DNA from: an uncultured Planctomycetaceae bacterium
Lineage (GTDB): Bacteria > Planctomycetota > Planctomycetia > Planctomycetales > Planctomycetaceae
Direction: 5' to 3'
DNA: 36,333 bases
Assembly (NCBI GenBank): GCA_963976765.1
Contig: CAXBME010000047.1
Coordinates: 1 to 36,333, forward strand
Part shown: positions 17,706-26,335 of the stretch, piece by piece
Position numbering within the stretch: position 1 is the first letter of the stretch
Layout of the letters: each line of letters starts with the position of its first letter
The notes under the pieces: generated by a model
The model's database searches: none
Told to the model about the DNA's origin: nothing
Seen by the model: only the letters and a program-made list of their open reading frames with translations
Made by a program: the position numbers and the translations under genes

Positions 17706-17882
17706 TCAGTTGGAGTCACCGCCGATTCGTAAAAGTCTTTCAGCAACCAGGTCAATCGACTCAGGCCGCTCGGAAGGCTCTTTGCTCAGGCAATGCGCGA
17801 TCAGCTCACCGAAAGCAGTGTCCGGCTGTTTGCCGATCGTCGTCAGTATTGACCTGGGCGTTTCGAAATGGAGAAGTTCCAT
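17706..17882 (-). pseudogene. Remnant of a Ser/Thr kinase C-lobe (subdomain XI), 58 codons
   Basis: Hand translation: MELLHFETPRSILTTIGKQPDTAFGELIAHCLSKEPSERPESIDLVAERLLRIGGDSN*. LIAHCLSKEPSERP fits the kinase li.rCL.KdP..RP motif. There is an in-frame stop 13 codons upstream of the ATG. Confidence 0.6.
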
Positions 17883-17968
17883 ATCGCGTGAATCGGTGTG
17901 CGTGTGGTTGTTTGTTGGTCATACTGCCCGCGGGACATCACCATTCAGGGGCTTACGGGGAACCGGCC

Positions 17969-20122
17969 ATGAAAGCGTCGTACTGTTTCTTCAGATCGCG
18001 GTCTATTTTTCGCACGTCGTGGCTCGTGGGCGCGATGTTGCTGACTCTGGCAAACGTCGGAGTGGCGACGGCGTACGCGGAATTTCAGGCAGGGGCTGCC
18101 ATCGTGGACGTTACGCCGACAAAGTTGCCGGCGATCGTGAATGGCGGGCTGGTCAGTCGCAGTGTGGCTGAGGTGAAGACTCGGTTGAATGCTCGAGCAC
18201 TGGCTTTGTCGGACGGGACGACGAAGCTGGTGATCGTCGTTGTTGACAGCTGCATGCTGCCCCGACCATTGCTGGACGAAGTGAAGAAGCTCGCAGAAAG
18301 CCGGACGGGAGTGCCCATGAACCGGCTGCTTATTTCGGCGACGCATACGCATTCGGCGCCGGCTTCGATGGCATGTCTCGGAACGGATATCGATCCAGAC
18401 TACGTTCCACTTTTGAAACTGAAGATTGTTGACGCCATCGCTGCCGCTCTTGAAAAGCTGCAACCAGCTCAGATTGGCTTCGGAAAAGAGAACGCAGCTG
18501 ACTTCACGGCGCTGCGACGGTGGATTCGTCGGCCTGACAGAATCGCAGACGACCCGTTCGGAAACCCCACCGTTCGAGCCACCATGCATGCCGGCAGCAA
18601 CTGGGACAATGTGACGGGGGAATCCGGTCCCGAAGATCCTGACCTGTCGCTCGTCTCGATCCAGTCCAGGAATGGCAAACCGATCGCCGTGCTGGCCAAC
18701 TTTTCAATGCACTATTATTCGGGTGAGCGTGGTCTGAGTGCCGATTACTTCGGACTTTTTTGCGAAGGGTTGAAACAGCGGATCGCACCGGAAGGCAGCT
18801 TTGTCGGCATCATGTCTCACGGATGCAGTGGCGACATCTGGCGGCGGGACTATACGCAGCCAGACAAATGGGATCCTCAACAGACGATTGACGATTACGC
18901 CAGTGGCCTGCTTGACATCGCCATGAAAACCTACGGAAATATCAAGTACCGCAGCGACGTCGACATCGCGATGGCCGAGCAGCGGATGACACTGAAGTAT
19001 CGAGTGCCGGATCAGCAGAGACTGGAATGGGCCAGACGGGTTGTTGAATCACTTGGCGACAAGGCTCCGTCCACGCAGCAGGAAGTTTACGCAACGGAAC
19101 AGCTTATTCTGGATGAGCGGCAGGAGACCGAGATTGTCGTACAGGGAATCCGGATTGGCGACATCGGCATTGCCACAACGCCGAACGAGACGTACGCGAT
19201 TACCGGCTTGAAAATTAAAGCTGCCAGTCCGCTCACCAGTAATTTAGTAATCGAACTGGCTAATGGCGGAGACGGCTACATCCCGCCTCCTGAGCAGCAT
19301 CGGTTTGGTGGCTACAACACGTGGGCAGCTCGCTCGGCCGGTCTGGAAGTGATGGCCGAACCGAAGATCACCGAAGCGTGTATCTCACTGCTTGAAGAGG
19401 TAGCTGGTAAACCTCGACGAGAATTCAAGCTCAGTCGAGGCCCGGCGTCGGAAAGAATTGCCGCCCTGAAACCTGTTGCCTGGTGGCGGTTGAACGAGTT
19501 CTCTGGTCCAACCGCCATCGACTCAAGCGGTAACGGTCGCGATGCCGTTTACGAACCCGATGTGACCTACTATCTCGAAGGACCTCGATCCGCAACATTC
19601 TGTCAAGACGGCGAAATCAACCGGGCCGCGATGTTTGTCGGTGGTCGATTGCGGACGAACTTTCCGGAGCCTGGTGACGATTATTCGATCTCGCTCTGGC
19701 TGTGGAATGGAATGCCCGACGACAGCCGTTCGGTCAGCGGCTGGCTGTTCTCACGAGGTCGCGACAACGGACTCAGCAAATGGTCCCATCATCTGGGAGT
19801 CGGCGGAACGAGCGGTCACTCGGGGAAGCTGATTTTCCTTCCTGGAAATGATTCGTCCAGGATGGTTGCCGGGAAGGCATCGATTCTACGCTGGCAATGG
19901 CAACATGTGGCGTTCGTCCGTCGCGGGAAGTCGGTCACGATCTATTTGAACGGTGAGAAGGACATTGAATCGACTGCCGATGTCGACCTTCCAGCAGGTT
20001 TCAATCAATTATTCTTCGGAGGCCGAAGCGACAACGATTCCAACTGGGAAGGCCGCCTCGACGAAGTTGCCGTCTTTGATCGGGCGCTTGAGGCCAGCGA
20101 GGTTTCCAGACTCGCCGAATAG
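17969..20122 (+). CDS. Secreted neutral/alkaline ceramidase-family amidohydrolase fused to a C-terminal LamG/ConA-like domain
   Basis: Signal peptide, AGAAIVDVTP, ISATHTHSAP, NFSMHY, GCSGDI, ELANGGDGYIP. LamG-like PVAWWRLNE...WQHVAFVR...GRLDEVAVFDRAL. Start ATG 17969 chosen from the GGGGAA upstream. Confidence 0.85.
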   Translation: MKASYCFFRSRSIFRTSWLVGAMLLTLANVGVATAYAEFQAGAAIVDVTPTKLPAIVNGGLVSRSVAEVKTRLNARALALSDGTTKLVIVVVDSCMLPRPLLDEVKKLAESRTGVPMNRLLISATHTHSAPASMACLGTDIDPDYVPLLKLKIVDAIAAALEKLQPAQIGFGKENAADFTALRRWIRRPDRIADDPFGNPTVRATMHAGSNWDNVTGESGPEDPDLSLVSIQSRNGKPIAVLANFSMHYYSGERGLSADYFGLFCEGLKQRIAPEGSFVGIMSHGCSGDIWRRDYTQPDKWDPQQTIDDYASGLLDIAMKTYGNIKYRSDVDIAMAEQRMTLKYRVPDQQRLEWARRVVESLGDKAPSTQQEVYATEQLILDERQETEIVVQGIRIGDIGIATTPNETYAITGLKIKAASPLTSNLVIELANGGDGYIPPPEQHRFGGYNTWAARSAGLEVMAEPKITEACISLLEEVAGKPRREFKLSRGPASERIAALKPVAWWRLNEFSGPTAIDSSGNGRDAVYEPDVTYYLEGPRSATFCQDGEINRAAMFVGGRLRTNFPEPGDDYSISLWLWNGMPDDSRSVSGWLFSRGRDNGLSKWSHHLGVGGTSGHSGKLIFLPGNDSSRMVAGKASILRWQWQHVAFVRRGKSVTIYLNGEKDIESTADVDLPAGFNQLFFGGRSDNDSNWEGRLDEVAVFDRALEASEVSRLAE

Positions 20123-20282
20123 AACGCTCTTTCTGGCGAACGAGATCAGAGACACACGCCATCAGACTTGCGGACAACGTCCGCGTGTTTAACGATCCGC
20201 CCGCCAGAAACTGCGTCCATCCTTTTTATGTCGGAGAGGGCATTTTCGTTCGGCAATGAATTCTGGCCCTGAAAAGTTTTCA

Positions 20283-20352
20283 ACCACCGAGGCACAGAGA
20301 CCACAGAGAAAGTGCCAGTTGGCAGACTCTATGGCCTCTGTGTCTCCGTGGT
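20283..20352. repeat. REP-like imperfect inverted repeat built from CACAGAG-like units
   Basis: Left arm ACCACCGAGGCACAGAGACCACAGAG (20283-20308) matches the reverse complement of 20327-20352 at 22/26 positions; 18 nt loop. Confidence 0.8.
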
Positions 20353-20360
20353 GAAAATCT

Positions 20361-20400
20361 TCCTGATAAGATCAGGACGTCATTCTGAACACGTCCTGAT
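20361..20400. promoter_or_regulatory. Overlapping inverted repeats upstream of the DapA-like gene (candidate operator or RNA switch)
   Basis: TCCTGAT (20361-67), ATCAGGACGT (20371-80), ACGTCCTGAT (20391-400). The latter two form a perfect 10-bp IR ending 41 nt before ATG 20442. Confidence 0.5.
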
Positions 20401-20441
20401 GATCACAGATCCTACTCCTATTTCAGAACTGAGCGGACACA

Positions 20442-21386
20442 ATGGACTCGAACGTTTTCCGCGGCTGTATTCCTGCCCTGATGACACCGTGCAACGCCGA
20501 CCGAACTCCCAACTTCGACGGACTCGTTCGAAAGGGCAAAGAGTTGATGGCTGCTGGCATGAATGGTGTCGTCTATTGCGGATCGATGGGGGATTGGCCG
20601 TTGCTGACGGACGAGCAGCGTCAGGAAGGCGTCCGCCTGTTGACCGAAGCTGGCATCCCCGTCGTCGTCGGAACGGGAGCACAGAATCCGAAGATTGCTG
20701 CTGCTCACGCCGCACACGCTCAGAAAGTCGGAGCCAGCGGCCTGATGGTCATCCCTCGTGTACTTTCTCGAGGAACGTCGCCCGCCGCTCAGCGAGCACA
20801 TTTTGCAGGTGTTCTGAGAGCTGCTCCCGATATCCCCGCCGTCATCTACAACAGTCCTTACTACGGATTCGAGACGAAGGCGGATTTGTTTTTTGATCTG
20901 CGCCGCGAGTTCTCAAACCTGGTCGGCTTTAAAGAGTTCGGCGGAGCGGACGCGTTGAGTTACGCCGCTGAGCACATCACTCACAAGGATAACGACGTTC
21001 TGCTGATGGTCGGAGTCGACACGCAGGTTTATCACGGATACCTGCACTGCGGAGCCGCCGGAGCCATCACCGGAATCGGAAACTGTATTCCGACCGAGGT
21101 TCTCAAACTGGTCTCGCTTTGCGAGCAGGCTGCGGCTGGTGACGCGAAGGCTCGGCAACTGGCGAAGGAACTCGAAGAGGCTCTGATTGTCCTGTCGACG
21201 TACGACGAAGGTCCAGACCTGGTGCTTTATTACAAGTACCTGCTGACTCTGGTTGGCGATGCGGACTACCAGCACCACTTCAACGAGTCCGACGAACTGT
21301 CAGCGAGTCAGCGAAATTTTGTCGAAGCACAATTGAAAACGTTCCAGGCGTGGTGGGCGTCGTGGCCGGGCAAGAGTTACGGCTAG
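20442..21386 (+). CDS. DapA-like family enzyme, probable delta1-pyrroline-4-hydroxy-2-carboxylate deaminase (LhpC type)
   Basis: GCIPALMTP, YCGSMGDW (instead of the GTTG of true DapA), IYNSPYYGF, Schiff-base Lys in GFKEFGG. Adjacent to the Hyp epimerase and D-amino acid dehydrogenase genes. Confidence 0.82.
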   Translation: MDSNVFRGCIPALMTPCNADRTPNFDGLVRKGKELMAAGMNGVVYCGSMGDWPLLTDEQRQEGVRLLTEAGIPVVVGTGAQNPKIAAAHAAHAQKVGASGLMVIPRVLSRGTSPAAQRAHFAGVLRAAPDIPAVIYNSPYYGFETKADLFFDLRREFSNLVGFKEFGGADALSYAAEHITHKDNDVLLMVGVDTQVYHGYLHCGAAGAITGIGNCIPTEVLKLVSLCEQAAAGDAKARQLAKELEEALIVLSTYDEGPDLVLYYKYLLTLVGDADYQHHFNESDELSASQRNFVEAQLKTFQAWWASWPGKSYG

Positions 21387-21526
21387 ACCATTTTCATGGT
21401 TTCTGTGCTGAAACTGGCACCCGGAACAGTCATTGTTTCCCTCGTGGCCTTCCTGCAGAACATTGAAAACGAATTCCGAAAGTACTCTGGAAAGAGAAAT
21501 AGCAGTCAGAGAGTCGCGACGCGGCT

Positions 21527-22780
21527 TCAGACAAATCTTGATAGCGAATAAGGGGCTGCATCAATGTGCGGTGTCTGTTCGCTGGCGATTTCGGCGACAA
21601 GTTTCCCGGTTGCCGGGGCGGTGGCCAGACCGATCATGCCGTTGCCTGCGGCGATAATCAGGTTGCAGGCTCCCGGCGCGCGACCGATGCAGGGCAAACC
21701 GTCGACCGACATCGGTCTCCAGCCGGCCCACTCTTCGTCCACCTTCTCAGGCAGTGGTTCTTCGAGATGCTCGGCAGCCGACTTTCGCAACAGTGCCATA
21801 CGTTTGGGATTGATGGAGTGATCGTACCCGGTGAATTCCATCGTTGAGCCCACTCGAAAGCCGGATCCCAACGGCGTCACCGCGACGTGGTGTTCCTCAA
21901 AGATCATCGGAATCTTCGGCTGATTCCTGAGCGGCTGCATCGTCAGCGAGTAGCCCTTGCCCGGCTGAATCGGCAGGCGACACCCGATTACTTTCGCAAA
22001 TCGAGGAGCTTCGGCGCCGGTGGCGAGGACGGTCACGTCAGCGTTGAACGAGCCCAGCGAGGTTTCTACCGACGCAACCTGACCGCCTTGCCGCTTCAAC
22101 GAAAGTACGTTTACGTTCTCTCGAATCGTACCGCCGTGATTTTCGATTGATCGCTTCAATCCTGCCAGCAGTTTGTCGGGCCGGACGTGCGCGTCGGCCG
22201 GGAAATGCCAGCCGCCGGCCATGCCAGTCTTCAACGAAGGCTCCAGCTCTTTCACGGCTTCGCCTGAGTAAGAAACAGCCTCGATACCGAACTCGCGTTT
22301 CAGCAATTCAGCTGTCGCTTTGTAAGCAGCAAAGTCTTTCGCAGATTTATAGACCAACAGCAGTCCGTGGTCTGTCCATTCGCAGTCAATCGATTCCTGG
22401 CGAACGATTTCACGATAAAGATTCATCGACGACGCCAGCAACGCGTTGCGCCCATTTGCTGCGTGCATCATACGGTCGATCGTGCACTGTCGAGCGAACT
22501 GCAACAGCCACTTCCACAATGCCGGATCAAAGCGAGCGGGAATCGAAAGCGGCGCGTCTCGTTTGAAGATCGACGGCAACGTGTGAGCAATCACTCCAGG
22601 CCCCGAAAGCGGCATGGCGTGGCTCGGGCAAACGTAGCCGCAGTTACCGTGCGATGCTCCGCTGCCGATCTTCTGCCGCTCAAGCAGCGTGACGTTCCAC
22701 CCATTTCGACACAGGTAGTAAGCCGATGAGCAGCCAATCAATCCTCCGCCGATGACGATCACAGTCCTTTGGTTGCTCAT
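21527..22780 (-). CDS. FAD-dependent D-amino acid dehydrogenase (DadA/DAO family), probable D-hydroxyproline dehydrogenase
   Basis: VIGGGLIG, GASHGNCG, PGKGYS, GSTMEF, WAGWRPMSVDGLPCIG. Substrate inferred from gene context. Confidence 0.85.
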   Translation of the reverse strand: MSNQRTVIVIGGGLIGCSSAYYLCRNGWNVTLLERQKIGSGASHGNCGYVCPSHAMPLSGPGVIAHTLPSIFKRDAPLSIPARFDPALWKWLLQFARQCTIDRMMHAANGRNALLASSMNLYREIVRQESIDCEWTDHGLLLVYKSAKDFAAYKATAELLKREFGIEAVSYSGEAVKELEPSLKTGMAGGWHFPADAHVRPDKLLAGLKRSIENHGGTIRENVNVLSLKRQGGQVASVETSLGSFNADVTVLATGAEAPRFAKVIGCRLPIQPGKGYSLTMQPLRNQPKIPMIFEEHHVAVTPLGSGFRVGSTMEFTGYDHSINPKRMALLRKSAAEHLEEPLPEKVDEEWAGWRPMSVDGLPCIGRAPGACNLIIAAGNGMIGLATAPATGKLVAEIASEQTPHIDAAPYSLSRFV

Positions 22781-22834
22781 ACCTCTTCCGTGCTTTCATA
22801 AAGTCAGGTATTCGATTGGCCTGTGACCATCCCG

Positions 22835-23782
22835 TCAAACTTCGAAAGCGAGCTTAATACCGAATCGAAATGGATCGTCGTTGCCGATCACGCAACTCGT
22901 TCGCGCGGTCACGTGAGCTCGTCCGCGAATCGTCGGCAGAATTCCGTTAGCGGCGTTTCGATACGTGCCTTCGAAAACGCTGCCAACAATCGACTCCTGG
23001 CGCCAGACGTCTCCAGGAGCCAGCTTACCATCGGCAGCCACGCAGGCCAGTTTCGCACTGGTGCCGGTGCCGCATGGCGATCGGTCATACTCTCCACCGG
23101 GGCAGAGTACGAAACTTCGCGAATCGGCTTTCTGAGGATTGCTTGGTTTTCCGAACAGCTCGACATGATCGATCCGACTTCCGTCACCGCCGGTGATTTG
23201 CTGGTTGTCCAGCGCTGCCATGATCCGTCGTGACCGGGTGAGTAAGGCGTCAAGGTTCTCAGGGACGACTTCCTGGTCAGCAACGAGAAAGAACCAGTTG
23301 CCACCCCAGGCAATGTCCCCAGTAATGGTTCCTTCGTCTGGCACTTCTACCGAAACGCACTTCCGATGTCGGTAGCTGACGACGTTGTTGACCGAAACCG
23401 TTCCGTCTTCGTGGAGAGTCGCCGAGACAATTCCGACCGAAGTTTCAAACCGATGCTCGCCAACGCTGATTCGACCGAGAAATGCCAGTGTCTCAACGAC
23501 ACCGATCAGGCCGTGCCCGCACATTCCGAGGTAACCGGCATTGTTGAAAAAAATGATTCCCGCCGCGCAGTTCGGATCGCACGGCTTCTGAAGAACAGCC
23601 CCGACCAGCCAGTCGTAACCTCGCGGCTCAAGGATCAGGGCTCGACGCAGCCAGTCATGCTGAGCCTTCATCGTGGCCTGGCGTTCGGCCATTGGTCCTG
23701 TCCCGAGATCCGGCGCGCCGGAATGAACAACCCGAGTCGGCTCGCCACCGGTGTGGGAATCGATGTATTCGATCTGGGTCAC
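22835..23782 (-). CDS. 4-hydroxyproline 2-epimerase (proline racemase family)
   Basis: [11 protein letters not shown], both catalytic Cys ([15 protein letters not shown]), epimerase-type [17 protein letters not shown] and VLCPG. GTG start with AGGAG. Confidence 0.9.
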   Translation of the reverse strand: MTQIEYIDSHTGGEPTRVVHSGAPDLGTGPMAERQATMKAQHDWLRRALILEPRGYDWLVGAVLQKPCDPNCAAGIIFFNNAGYLGMCGHGLIGVVETLAFLGRISVGEHRFETSVGIVSATLHEDGTVSVNNVVSYRHRKCVSVEVPDEGTITGDIAWGGNWFFLVADQEVVPENLDALLTRSRRIMAALDNQQITGGDGSRIDHVELFGKPSNPQKADSRSFVLCPGGEYDRSPCGTGTSAKLACVAADGKLAPGDVWRQESIVGSVFEGTYRNAANGILPTIRGRAHVTARTSCVIGNDDPFRFGIKLAFEV

Positions 23783-23832
23783 AATTTGTTCGACTCCTCA
23801 TCCAGCATTAAATCGACCAGCTTCCAGTCAAC

Positions 23833-26334
23833 CTACGGCGACAGAAACGGATCGCTGGTAACGACCAGTTTGATCAGGTCGCGAAAGCCACTTCTCTGCT
23901 GATTCAGGTTGTTAATAATCTCGTCAACGTGTGGACGATCGGACAGGCCGACATGGCGGCCTGACGAGTAAGCCAGCAGTTTCGTTGTCAGTGCTCTGGC
24001 GAACTGATCTTTCCGAGCGAGCAGCAGCAGCTTGAAATCGGCCACATCCTTGAATTCCTGCCCGGTTGATAGCTGTCCTGAAGAATCGATCGGTTTGCCG
24101 CGACCGTAACTGGTTCGCCAGCCTCCGATCGGGTCGAAGTTTTCCAGTGCGAACCCCGGCGGATCAATCTTGCGGTGGCAATCGTTGCAGCTGGCGATGC
24201 GGCGGTGCTTTTCGAGTTGGTCTCGAATTGTTGTCGCGCCTCGAACATCTGGATCGATCGGTTCGACATCTGGCGGCGGTGGCGACGGCGGAGTTCCCAG
24301 AATGTTCTCCAGGAGCCAGACACCGCGAACAACCGGCGACGTGTCGATGCCGTTGGCCGTGACCGTCAGGATGCTCGCCTGTCCGAGCAGTCCGCCCCGA
24401 CGCCGATCGGTCAGCAAAACTTTCTGGAACTCATTTCCTGTCGACGAAGAGACGATTCCGTAATGCTCAGCCAGTCGCTTGTTGAGAAAGGTGAAGTCGG
24501 AATCCAGAAAGTTGTCGATGCTCAGGTTCTGCTGAATCAGCTCTCGCACAAACAAACGAGTTTCCTGCCGCATCGCCGAATCCAGGTCGTAGTGGTAGAA
24601 CGATCTAAACGCGTTTCGATCCGGCGGAGTTGCTCCCAGATCCCGGAGCGTGAGCCAGCTGTCGAGAAAGCCTTCGATGAAGGCGTCCGCGCGATCGTCG
24701 TTCAGCATTCGATCGACCTGAGCGGCCAGGACTTTTGATTGACGCAGTTCGCCTCTGGCGGCCAGCTCTCTGAGTTCCTGATCAGGCATCGACGACCAGA
24801 GGAAATACGACAGCCGCGAGGCCAGGCCGTGTGATGATAGACCTTCTTTCTGATCCGCGGATTCCAGGTAGAGAAAAGCGGGCGAACAAAGAATCGCCGT
24901 CAGGCCATCGCAGAACGCACTCAATGGTGATCGCCCCGTGTCACGTCGAGACTCAACGATTTTCCACACACGATCGACTTCCTCAGTGCTTACCGGTCGG
25001 CGGTAAGCGGCGGACGCGAATTCGGTCAGCCTGTCTCGCCACTGAGCCTTAGAGAGTGTGTCTGCGCGAGCGAGTTCCTCAAAGTCGTCGCCGAAAATTG
25101 ATCGCTGTCCGGCAGTCGGCCATTCGTCGTAGAACGGACCTTCAATTTCAATTTCGTGGATGCGAATCTGCGGCAGATTTCCGTGAGTGATCCCGTTGAT
25201 CCGATTGTCGACGATCCCTTTCGTCTTACGTTTGGGGAATCGATCGCCGTACTCTTTGGCAAGTTTGCCCCAGAGGCTTCGAACATCCATCAGCCCGTTT
25301 CGAAACGTGAATCGCGGAGTAAAGCCAGCATCGAGCCAGACCCGAACGGTGTACCACTTCTGTTCGTCGGCAAGTTCGACTTCCGCCAGCAACGGCTCGA
25401 CTGGCTGTGTCAGGTGCAGCGTCCCCGCGTCTTTGTTTCCTGCTACGATTCCAAGTCGAAACGGCTCGTCAGGATCGGTGCCGAGAAATTCAATGGGGTA
25501 GTCGTGTCGCCGGTTCAAGGCTTCGGCTTTGAGTTTGATTTCGTAGTAGCCATCGTGCGGCACACCATCGGCGAAGGCATGAATCGGTCCGTACGCTCCT
25601 TCCGGCTTGTCGGCTCCGACGACGTCGTAAAGAGTCATGTGCCTGAAGCCGTTGAAGGTTCTGTGGACCTGATCGATCTCCGGCTGCTGCCGGAAACCAT
25701 CCCGGAAGGTCCACTTTTGAACGTCTGGTTTTTCCAGCGGAAAGACAGCCTTTTGAACAACTTCTTCAGCCACGTTTAGGTACTGTTGAAGCAGCGCGCC
25801 CGACGTGACCAGTGTGTCACCAATCGTGTCAAGATGCTCGGTCGTCTGATCTCGCGGGAACGTCGCGGCGGGATCAAACATCGTCATGTTGAGGTGCAGC
25901 AAGTCGCGTACAGTGTTGCGATATTCGCGAGAGTTGAGCCGCCGCAGCACCGCCGCCTGATGACTCGCTTCGCGTGTTTTGTGATAGTCCTGGATCGTTG
26001 TCGTCAACCTCTGAATGACGACGCGTCGTTCGGCGTCGGTTGGTTGAGTCGCTTCTTCCGGGGGCATTTCTGACAGATTGAGCTGGTCGAGGATGTCCTG
26101 CAGATCGACCAGCGAATTGTCGTCGACGATCTCGCCCGTGAGCCGATCGAAACGGCGGTCGCCCTTCTGGTGTTTCTGTCCGTGACAGCCCACGCAGTAC
26201 TTATTCAGAAATGGACGCACAACAGTTTCGAACGATGGTGCGGCATCTGCCGCTGCCAGGGGACGTTCTGCGGGCCACGCCAGAAGCAACACCGCAAACA
26301 CGAAGGCGGGGATTCGTTTCGAAGAAAGTGCCAT
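23833..26334 (-). CDS. Planctomycete cytochrome c protein with DUF1587/1595/1592/1588/1585 domains
   Basis: Signal peptide, CVGCH, MPP, LRRLNSREYRNTVRDLL, LASRLSYFLWSSMPD, TSPVVRGVW, CNDCH..IDPPGFALE. Confidence 0.92.
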   Translation of the reverse strand: MALSSKRIPAFVFAVLLLAWPAERPLAAADAAPSFETVVRPFLNKYCVGCHGQKHQKGDRRFDRLTGEIVDDNSLVDLQDILDQLNLSEMPPEEATQPTDAERRVVIQRLTTTIQDYHKTREASHQAAVLRRLNSREYRNTVRDLLHLNMTMFDPAATFPRDQTTEHLDTIGDTLVTSGALLQQYLNVAEEVVQKAVFPLEKPDVQKWTFRDGFRQQPEIDQVHRTFNGFRHMTLYDVVGADKPEGAYGPIHAFADGVPHDGYYEIKLKAEALNRRHDYPIEFLGTDPDEPFRLGIVAGNKDAGTLHLTQPVEPLLAEVELADEQKWYTVRVWLDAGFTPRFTFRNGLMDVRSLWGKLAKEYGDRFPKRKTKGIVDNRINGITHGNLPQIRIHEIEIEGPFYDEWPTAGQRSIFGDDFEELARADTLSKAQWRDRLTEFASAAYRRPVSTEEVDRVWKIVESRRDTGRSPLSAFCDGLTAILCSPAFLYLESADQKEGLSSHGLASRLSYFLWSSMPDQELRELAARGELRQSKVLAAQVDRMLNDDRADAFIEGFLDSWLTLRDLGATPPDRNAFRSFYHYDLDSAMRQETRLFVRELIQQNLSIDNFLDSDFTFLNKRLAEHYGIVSSSTGNEFQKVLLTDRRRGGLLGQASILTVTANGIDTSPVVRGVWLLENILGTPPSPPPPDVEPIDPDVRGATTIRDQLEKHRRIASCNDCHRKIDPPGFALENFDPIGGWRTSYGRGKPIDSSGQLSTGQEFKDVADFKLLLLARKDQFARALTTKLLAYSSGRHVGLSDRPHVDEIINNLNQQRSGFRDLIKLVVTSDPFLSP

Positions 26335-26335
26335 G

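Noticed and set aside
20442..21386. Annotation as dapA (lysine biosynthesis)
   Set aside because: GSMG replaces GTTG, and the context points to hydroxyproline catabolism.
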